From the NCBI GenBank assembly GCA_020184695.1, contig JAANOX010000032.1, positions 124,001 to 188,000 of the forward strand: a stretch of DNA of 64,000 nucleotides, written 5' to 3'. The notes beneath the pieces were generated by a model. The model had not been told where the DNA came from. It worked only from the letters and a program-made list of their open reading frames with translations, and did no database searches. Numbering within the stretch: position 1 is the stretch's first letter; each line of letters opens with the position of its first letter. Below are positions 56,054 to 64,000 of this stretch, piece by piece. A program made the translations under genes and the position numbers. The DNA is from Histomonas meleagridis 2922-C6/04-290x (Eukaryota; Protista; Parabasalia).

Positions 56054-56485
56054 ATGTCTTCTAACAAAACACTCTTACAACCCGGCCGTTTTGTAATCCT
56101 TCTCAATGGTCGTCATGCTGGAAAGAAAGCTATTGTTTTACAAGCTTATCCAGAGCCAACAGAAGCCAGAAAATATCCACATGCTGTTGTATTGGGTATT
56201 CAAAAATCACCAAAGAAGCTTACAAAAGACATGCCACAAAAGACACTTGTTAAGCGTACACAGATTAAGGTCTTCATTAAGACTATTAACTTCAATCATC
56301 TCCTTTTGACACGTCATATGATGAAAGATGAAGATTTCTGGAACAAGGTTAAACCAGATCAAATCATAAAGTCAATGGAAGATACACAGCAAAAGAAGGC
56401 TGAACTTACTGCTGTTACAAAGGTTCTTCGTCAGAAATATCTTAATGGCAAAATGCCATGGTTATTCAAACCACTTCAATTCTAA
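56054..56485 (+). CDS. RPL27: 60S ribosomal protein eL27
   Basis: LLQPGRFVILLNGRHAGKKAIV, KVFIKTINFNHLLLTR and a terminal WLFKPLQF. True ATG at 56054. Confidence 0.95.
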   Translation: MSSNKTLLQPGRFVILLNGRHAGKKAIVLQAYPEPTEARKYPHAVVLGIQKSPKKLTKDMPQKTLVKRTQIKVFIKTINFNHLLLTRHMMKDEDFWNKVKPDQIIKSMEDTQQKKAELTAVTKVLRQKYLNGKMPWLFKPLQF

Positions 56486-56504
56486 ATAATATTGCAAAAA
56501 ATAA

Positions 56505-56563
56505 AAGCAGAGCGTCCCACGATATGTTGGGTATTAGGTAGGGTGACCACCTACGCTCTTTTG
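56505..56563. other. GC-rich structured island immediately 3-prime of RPL27
   Basis: Outer stem AGAGCGT (56509-15) / ACGCTCT (56553-59) encloses CCCA...TGGG and GGT-GACC-ACC hairpins. Confidence 0.4.
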
Positions 56564-56939
56564 TATCTTCTTTTATGAATGTGAAAAAGTGTGTGATTTT
56601 TATTGTGGTTTCTAATGCTTTTTATATTTTGAGTTTTGTTGTTTTTATTAGTTTTTTTATTTTTTGTTTTAAATTAGATCTTGAGAATTAATTACAAAAA
56701 TTTTCATATTGTTGAACATATATTTTAATCTCATTGTATAACTTTTTATTTCATTTTTGTTCATTTTAAACAATTTTTTTACTAAAAGGTTTTACATATT
56801 ATAAAACTGTATGTTGTGATTTTAGCAAAAATAAATTTATGCAATTTATTATGATCGATCTAAAGTTTTATTTAATATACACAAACTCAATTAACAACAA
56901 TTTAATTAAATTAAATTAATAAACAATAAATAAAACATG

Positions 56940-58659
56940 TAAATATCTTTTGCTTTAATGTCAATCCCTTCTTGTTTAAGAAGTAATTCAACTATTTCAA
57001 TCTTGTCATTGCTTGATGCATATATGAGAGCTGTTTGAAATCATATAAATAATTTCCAAATATTAATTTTAAAAATCATATTATTAAAATATATTTTAAA
57101 TTAAACATATAAACATCTTTGGCATTGATATCAATTCCTTTTTGTTTAAGAAACAATTTGGTCATTTCTACAAAACCATTTTCTGATACATATATGAGAG
57201 ATGTTTTAAATTATTCAAAAGAATGTCAAATATTTATATGATACATCAAATTGATAATATAATTATTAAATCAAAAGAATAAGAATCTTTAGCATTAATG
57301 TCAATTCCTTTTTGCTCAAGAAGTAATGTTACTATTTCTATCTTTTCATTTTTAGCTGCCCATATCAATACTGTTTTAAATTATTCAAATAATTTCCAAA
57401 CATGATTTTGAGTTATTAAATTTTATAGACAAATTTTAAATAAAATAAATAGAAATCTTTGGCATTAATATCAATTCTTTTTTGTTCAAAAAGTAAAGTT
57501 AATATTTCCATGTTTTCTTTTTTAGCTGCCAAAAAAAGTGGTGTTTTAAACAATTTAAATAATTCCCAAATGAGATTTTGAGTTATTATATTCTGAAGAT
57601 AAATTTTAAACAAAATAAATAAAAATCTTTACTATTGATATCAATTCCTTTTTGTTCAAGAAGTTCTTTAACTATTCTTGTATGATCATTTTCAGATGCC
57701 CACAGAAGTGCTGTACATAATAGTTTAAATAATTTCCAAACATAATTTTAAAATATCATATTAATGAAATAAATAATAAATAAAACAGACAAATATCTTT
57801 AGCATTAATATCAATTCCTTCTTGTTTAATAAGAAATTTAAGTATTTCTGTATGACCATTTTCAGATGCTAAAATAAGTGCTGTTCTAAATATTTTAAAT
57901 AATTTCCAAATATTATTTTGAATTTCCAAATTATTAAAATAAATTTTAAATAATACAAACAAATATCTTTAGCATTAATATCAATTCCTTCTTGTTCAAG
58001 AAGTAATTTAACTATTTCTGTGTAACCTTTTAAAGATGCTTTCATAAGTGCTGTTTCAAATAAATAAGATAAATTCCAAATATTAATTTTAAATATCAAA
58101 TCAATCAAATAAATTTTAAAGAAAACGAATAAATATTTTTATCATTAATACCAATTCCTTTTTGCTTTAAAGCATATTCAACAAGTTCAATATTTCCTGA
58201 TTCTGCAGAGAATATTAAAATATATTTTGGAATTGGACATTCTTTTAGAAAATGTTCTACAAGATAAAGATTTCCATCACTTGCTGCATCGTATATAAAA
58301 TCTTCATTAATTTTCATTCCATTTTTCAGTAAAAACTTAAAAATTTCAATGTTACAGAACTTAATACATAAATTTCTATGTAATCATTTTGCGATGCCCA
58401 AATAAGTGGTGTCTTAAATGTTTTGAATAATTTCCAAATATTATCAAGAAAAATTAAAACAAAATATTAAACAATGAATAAAATAAATTAACATCTTTAG
58501 CATTGATATCAACTCCTTCTTGTTCCAAAAGTATTATAATTATTTCTATAATACCAAATTTAGATGCCCAAATAAGTGCTGCATTATATAATATGAACAA
58601 ATTCCAAATATTAAAAAATATTAAATTTTATAAACAAAATATAAGGAAAATATTTAAAC
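56940..58659 (-). repeat. Array of 9 ankyrin cassettes, interrupted by a copied segment of the 47.6-kb locus
   Basis: Anchors at 58574, 58404, then 58046, 57876, 57706, 57536, 57366, 57196 and 57026. All adjacent intervals are 170 except across the insert. Confidence 0.9.
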
Positions 58660-59685
58660 TTTTTTAAAATCAAAATTATTTCCTTTTTTATCAAGCATAA
58701 AGTTTAGTAGTTTAAAATTCATTGACTCATTCTTATAAAATAAAAACGAATGAAGTAGTTTTTCATCAGGGCATTTTACAATTTTATTTTCATAAATATA
58801 ATGAAAAATATCATTTCTATGAAATTTAATTGCCGCTTCAAATGATCCTTCAAATGAAGAATTGTTTTGTTCACATAAATGAATAATTTCAATATTACCT
58901 CCAGCGACTGCATATTTACCTTTGTTATTTACGTTTGCATTATTTAATAACAAATATTTAAAACATTTAACAGCAGAAAAAAATGCTGCATAATCAATTA
59001 AAGAAACATTTTTTTGATTAATGAATGAACATCTTTCATAAAGTGAAGGAGAAATTATTTGATTAAAATCAAAATCATTTTCTGATGAAATTTCTTGAAG
59101 TTTTTCTATTTCATCATTTCGAATTATTTTCGCAATTTCATTCGGATTAACACCTGCTTTAGTTAGTTGCTTATGAAGTTCCCAATCATTCTTTGCTAAT
59201 GATTCATAATTTCTTTGGAAATATCTTGAAAATGGAATAAATATGTGTTTTCTTAATTTATTTATTGTTTCATTAGTCATGTGATGAACAAAATAAAAAC
59301 TATGTTTATTTTCAACAAAATTTTCTGGTATTAATTTTAATTCTATCATTTTGTCCAGAAGAAAAAAAGATTCTTGTGAAGATAGGTTGAGAAGAAATTG
59401 TGCAAATGTATTTATTAAATTGATACAACTTTTATTGGATTCAATTTTATTCATGAAAAGAATGTATGTGTTAAAATCTTTCATTTGAGAAAGAAATGCT
59501 GAATAAATTAATCTGCTAAGAGTAATATTTGGACAAGGTAAAGTTTCATCCATTTTTAAATTCATTATTGCTTCAACAGATTTATCAATATTATTTTCGT
59601 TTAAGTTAATGATAACTTTTTCAAGTGATTCCAACTGTTGAATCCACCTTTTTGGCTTAATATTTTCCCCTGTTGCTTTGGACAT
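58654..59685 (-). CDS. DUF3447-type ankyrin-family protein; the ORF stops in the first spacer
   Basis: VNPNEIAKIIRNDEIEKLQ, SLIDYAAFFSAVKCFKYL and AVAGGNIEIIHLCEQ. Confidence 0.85.
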   Translation of the reverse strand: MSKATGENIKPKRWIQQLESLEKVIINLNENNIDKSVEAIMNLKMDETLPCPNITLSRLIYSAFLSQMKDFNTYILFMNKIESNKSCINLINTFAQFLLNLSSQESFFLLDKMIELKLIPENFVENKHSFYFVHHMTNETINKLRKHIFIPFSRYFQRNYESLAKNDWELHKQLTKAGVNPNEIAKIIRNDEIEKLQEISSENDFDFNQIISPSLYERCSFINQKNVSLIDYAAFFSAVKCFKYLLLNNANVNNKGKYAVAGGNIEIIHLCEQNNSSFEGSFEAAIKFHRNDIFHYIYENKIVKCPDEKLLHSFLFYKNESMNFKLLNFMLDKKGNNFDFKKV

Positions 59686-60648
59686 TTTCCATTTAGATTT
59701 ATAAACGGTTTATCACAATTATTAAGCAGTAATAACTGATATTTTGCGTACCCTAATTACGATCGTTTCATCAAGAAGCACCCCAAAAAGAAGCACAAAT
59801 TTAAAAAAAACTAGCAGTTGAATTTAAATAAAAATATAAATAGAAGACTCATAATATTTTAATTTTTGCTTGGTCACATTAAAAATCTATTGACCAATTT
59901 TTATTTTCGGTCAAATATTTCTCAAGAAAATGAAAAATTTTTTTATAAAAAATTAAAAAATGAAAATTTCTCGACAACAGTTTGTTATAAAACAAAATCA
60001 TTTATATTTGATTTTCAACATATTATGTTATCATCAAAATGGAAAAACATAAAAATATATATGATCATTCCATTATTATCGATAAAAATAAAAATTTATT
60101 ATTTTCTAATATATAATACAATGACATAAAGGAATTTGATTGTGTTGGTTATTATGTTTTAATTTTTATTATTTATTGCAAAAAATGAATATTTTGAAAA
60201 TTACAGCACTTTTTCGATAATAAAATATTTTTATTTTCATTTTTCAATAAAATTTATTTATATAATTTATAAAACAAGGATTCTCAGTTGTGCTAAAAAT
60301 AAATATCTAAAACAAACCAGGTCGCCACTTTATATAATTTTTTACATCAATTTTTAAAAAAATGGGAGAAAAAAATGAAAAATTTGAATGAACCTTTTTT
60401 CCTGGTGGGTTTCAGGTTCTCAAATCAATACAATATAAAATTCATCATAAATTAATTATGAATGACTGGAAAAAATAAATTTTTTAAAAAAATCGATTAA
60501 AAAATATATTTCATGAGTTTATAATATTTTTTGATTTAAAAAATAAATTATTGTATAATTCATGGAATGCTTACATATGGAATGAAAAAAGAAGAAAAAA
60601 AAATCTGTTTTTTGGGAGTTGAAGTACCTCTGAGCTTACACATGAAAG

Positions 60649-61302
60649 TTATGGAAAATTCATTCGCAATATTTTGAATCTTTCCTCAAGATATATCTGA
60701 AGAACTTGGAGAGTCTGCACTGAGCATTGATCTAAAATAAAGCGCTTATTTCCTGAGCTATCAACTTGAATCCTTGGTTCTGTTGCTGATACAATATTGA
60801 ATACACCACTTAGTGTAACGTCATCATTCACCATTTCCAATGCCTTTATAAGACGTGTGTACGTCTGATATCTGTTGTTTTGGTTTTCATAGAATCCATA
60901 TAGAAATGGAGGTGGATTGTTGTGAATTTCAGTTAAAGAATTCCATGTTTCATCTAATTTATTGACCCAACTATTTACATTATCTGCACAGCCTAAGAGC
61001 TTTTGATATCTTTTATCAAACCAACTTTTCAAATCACTGATACATGATTTTTGAAGTGGTTCAGTACAATAAGATTTAATTCTTGCTAAAAATAAAAATA
61101 CGTTTTTTCCAAATTCTTTCACGCTAATATATTTATGATCCATTAAATTTGATTTAATGTTTTCCAACGTTAATTTATTTTCTCCTTCTAAAAATTCAAA
61201 CTGAAAATTGCCTGAACCATCAGAGAGAAAAGGGGAACATATTGGTCTTTGCATCATTTTTTCCAGAACATAGATACATGCCTTTTCTTTTGATTCATCC
61301 AT
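60649..61302 (-). CDS. Degenerate bromodomain protein with a possible C-terminal ET-like domain
   Basis: LEKMMQRPICSPFL...LTLENIKSNL...Y.SVKEF..NV; the C-terminal LDQCSVQTLQVLQIYL resembles ET domains. Confidence 0.6.
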   Translation of the reverse strand: MDESKEKACIYVLEKMMQRPICSPFLSDGSGNFQFEFLEGENKLTLENIKSNLMDHKYISVKEFGKNVFLFLARIKSYCTEPLQKSCISDLKSWFDKRYQKLLGCADNVNSWVNKLDETWNSLTEIHNNPPPFLYGFYENQNNRYQTYTRLIKALEMVNDDVTLSGVFNIVSATEPRIQVDSSGNKRFILDQCSVQTLQVLQIYLEERFKILRMNFP

Positions 61303-62068
61303 CGTTTAAATATTTTTCTATTAAATAATATTGGATCAAAATGGCACCAGAACATTTACACAACCGTCAAAAAAACGTTAATTTTGATTATATTTTTGAG
61401 GGAATATTGCAAAATTTGGTAGCAGGAAATTCTTGTGTATTTTTCGAAGTTGATGAATTAAATAGCAATGAGACCATAAATTTTCGAGAATATTTTTTGG
61501 CTCAATGGTGGTTAACCGTCCAAAATGATCGGCTTGTGTTCCCTTTTTCGACATATCTTGCTCATTTATAGATTTTTTAGTATAATAATAATTATTATTA
61601 ATTATTCATGATGTGAAATTATAATATATCCAAATAAAGAGTAACACACACTAACTCTACATATGTTGTTTGAAAAAATGGGTTGTCAAAATTGAGATTT
61701 TCAATTTTTTGTTATGTGATGGAAATAAAAGTTGTGTTATTTTGATATTAAAAAAAAAAAAATAAATAAATTATTAAAAAAATCATAAAATTGAAATATG
61801 TACCTTTAATTTGTACCAATAAAATCAATAGCTCAAAGACATGTATTTTAAAATTAAAATACCGAAAAATCAACATTTAAGAGGTAATGTAACATTTTTT
61901 TTCAATTATCATAATAAGTATGATATATTTCGACACAAAATATAACTCACAATTTTTTTTAATTTAAAAAAATAACTCAAAATTTTTTCGATTTACATAA
62001 ATTTTATGTGTATGTATATATTTATTAACATTTAACTATAATATGGAAGCTAGAGTAAATTTATCGGA

Positions 62069-63172
62069 TTAATCGTCATTTACAAATGATACTTCATTTT
62101 CTTCTTGATCATCTTCTACAAAAAGAAGTTGCCCATTATCGCTTGGCTCATCTTCAACTTTTTTCGGCTTTAAAAAAGAACATTCTAACAAGAAAGATAA
62201 AAACGGTACAGATACAACGCACAAAACTTGTACAAAGTTATAGTCAAGTTTTTGGCAAAAAATGTTGTAAAGTAGTAAAATCGGAAAAGTGAACAACCGA
62301 AGAAATGGGGCGACAAAAGAAAAAGACGATTCAGACAACGATTCGCTGCCTATTTTACGAAATGCCAACAAGCTTATGCCAAAGAGTATAAGGTTAACGA
62401 AGTCAAAATTGATGGTTGATTTGATTTCCCCAAATGTTTTTTGTTCAAATAGAAGAAAACCAAAAAGAGAAGGTAAAATCATAAAAATGGTTTTCTTTAA
62501 GATAATGCTTATAATAGAAATGCTTGTGTTAGCTTTGAAAGCAAATTTGATTGTATTTTGATCAATTAAATCTGAAGTAATCGAAAAAATGGTTCTTAGA
62601 AATTGAACTCCAATTTGAACACTATATGAGTGCTTTTCGGTTGAAATTGGAATTTTAATACAAATTTGGAATAACCCGAGAATTAATAGAACAAGGAAAA
62701 TATAGCTGAACTTGTTTCCTTCATTTGCAAAACAGCCTGCCATGCTTTGGAGAGCAGTGGCTGTATGTTCTAAAATTACAACAATTTCAACCGATGAAAC
62801 AGAATAACAGAGAAATGTGAAAAGTATATGAAAACCTTTAAGCAATGACTTTAAATAAAAAGCCTTTATAAGGTGATATGGAATTGAAACATTCGGATCA
62901 TGTTCTTCTGGGATTAAAAAAAAGTATGAAAATAGTGATATAAGTGTACAAAAAACTAAGGAATTGAAATATGGGAAGTCATAATACTTAGATGTAAGGT
63001 AATAAAAAAATGGTGTGAGCAAAGTTCCAGGAACTAATGCTAACGACCATATCGAGCCCAGAGACATTGTAGACCGTTTAAAAATTGAATGCATTGAAAA
63101 CAAGCACTTCATCTTCATCAAGAAGGAAATGTTTTTCTTGATAAAGTGTTTACAACATTGTATTTCATTCAT
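62069..63172 (-). CDS. Polytopic membrane protein, possibly a drug/metabolite or nucleotide-sugar transporter family member
   Basis: About 9-10 hydrophobic segments and an acidic tail. The true start is probably the Met of MSLGSIW. Confidence 0.55.
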   Translation of the reverse strand: MNEIQCCKHFIKKNISFLMKMKCLFSMHSIFKRSTMSLGSIWSLALVPGTLLTPFFYYLTSKYYDFPYFNSLVFCTLISLFSYFFLIPEEHDPNVSIPYHLIKAFYLKSLLKGFHILFTFLCYSVSSVEIVVILEHTATALQSMAGCFANEGNKFSYIFLVLLILGLFQICIKIPISTEKHSYSVQIGVQFLRTIFSITSDLIDQNTIKFAFKANTSISIISIILKKTIFMILPSLFGFLLFEQKTFGEIKSTINFDFVNLILFGISLLAFRKIGSESLSESSFSFVAPFLRLFTFPILLLYNIFCQKLDYNFVQVLCVVSVPFLSFLLECSFLKPKKVEDEPSDNGQLLFVEDDQEENEVSFVNDD

Positions 63173-63307
63173 TTAACAAACTCAAAGTGATATATCATTA
63201 TAAAGCGACAGTAACATTGAATAGAATTAAATATTCTTTATTTCATGAAAGAAACTTTTCACTATCATAAAATATTTACATAAAATACCGATTGTAAGGG
63301 TTTAAAA

Positions 63308-64000
63308 ATGTTGAAAGTTTTTCCAAGTCCAGAAAATATAATACAACAAAATAAAGCGATTTCTATTTCAAACATTGATAATTTAATAAGAGGATATTCT
63401 TTACCGAATTCAGATATTTTATCATGTCAATGGTTGGAATCACTTTCACAAGGAAATTCATGTGGATTAAATAAAAATAATGAAAATAAAACAAATAAAA
63501 TTAAAATTACTGATTATTATTGTGAAGAAAATATTCAGAATTTTAAAAAATTTAATAGAAATAATATTACTCCAAAAGCATTCTCTGAAACATTCAATCA
63601 TCAAACTCAAGATTTTAAATATGAATCTAACCCAATTATGTTTATAAATAATCATGAAAAACATGAATTTAAAAAAAAATCTTGGTTTAAATTTTTGATG
63701 CTTTCACCACCAAGTTTTATTAAGATTTCATTAAATTGTAAGCATGCAGAATTGGTGTTTTTTGTTTATCAAAAGATTCCAATAACAGAATTAATTCATG
63801 TTGACATCAATAAATCAGCAAAACCATTTAAAATCTTCCAGAATAATACTGAAAAAATAATTGTTCCGATTAAGGATAAATCGAAAATTGTATTCATTTT
63901 ATATCAAATAGAAAAAAATTTAAACATAATTCAACCTCTTGCAATTGGAATGTCTGATATTACTTTAGAAAATAAACAAATTATTAAACCAAGTTGGACA
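63308..64000 (+). CDS. Hypothetical protein, truncated by the window end (not in the ORF track)
   Basis: ATG 63308 opens a stop-free frame of 231 codons to the window edge (MLKVFPSPENIIQQ...KPSWT) by my hand translation. Confidence 0.6.
   Translation, partial: MLKVFPSPENIIQQNKAISISNIDNLIRGYSLPNSDILSCQWLESLSQGNSCGLNKNNENKTNKIKITDYYCEENIQNFKKFNRNNITPKAFSETFNHQTQDFKYESNPIMFINNHEKHEFKKKSWFKFLMLSPPSFIKISLNCKHAELVFFVYQKIPITELIHVDINKSAKPFKIFQNNTEKIIVPIKDKSKIVFILYQIEKNLNIIQPLAIGMSDITLENKQIIKPSWT

Noticed and set aside
2060-58659. Sequencing error as the cause of the broken ankyrin ORFs
   Set aside because: Homopolymer errors are plausible elsewhere in the window, but they cannot create about 40 same-position 68-nt surpluses with a constant period.

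Overview
This window is AT-rich, gene-dense, apparently intron-poor eukaryotic DNA with parabasalid (trichomonad-type) hallmarks: DUF3447-type ankyrin genes, BspA-type LRR surface proteins and Inr-like TCAYT motifs before ATGs. I cannot name the species. Housekeeping genes include CCDC39, SEY1, ATG18-like, a Rac GTPase, a RhoGEF-Kelch protein, ITPK1, ADAT1, a Qc-SNARE, a tectonic-like protein, RPL27 and two bromodomain proteins. They are interspersed with a rapidly evolving ankyrin system, which is the main unexplained structure. Five arrays (about 2.1-3.3, 17.1-18.8, 41.6-42.8, 46.7-47.6 and 56.9-58.6 kb, plus one cut by the left edge) hold about 40 ankyrin cassettes. Each cassette is 90 nt of intact ankyrin coding sequence (T-A-L...I-N-A-K-D) followed by an 80-nt, frame-breaking AT-rich spacer with no usable GT-AG pair. 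The spacer always sits in the beta-hairpin, and 30 of 35 unit-to-unit intervals measured by hand are exactly 170 nt. The cassettes vary at ligand-binding positions, the spacer carries the missing I-F-G-x hairpin codons as an internal island, and loci show signs of exchanging segments. Also present are a complete 3,950-bp Mutator-like transposon (TIRs, 9-bp TSD) whose empty paralogous site lies 4 kb away, a locally duplicated block with reciprocal losses, a LysM plus bacterial-like-domain coiled-coil gene pair, and several small or unannotated ORFs. All alignments and counts were done by eye; no databases were searched.
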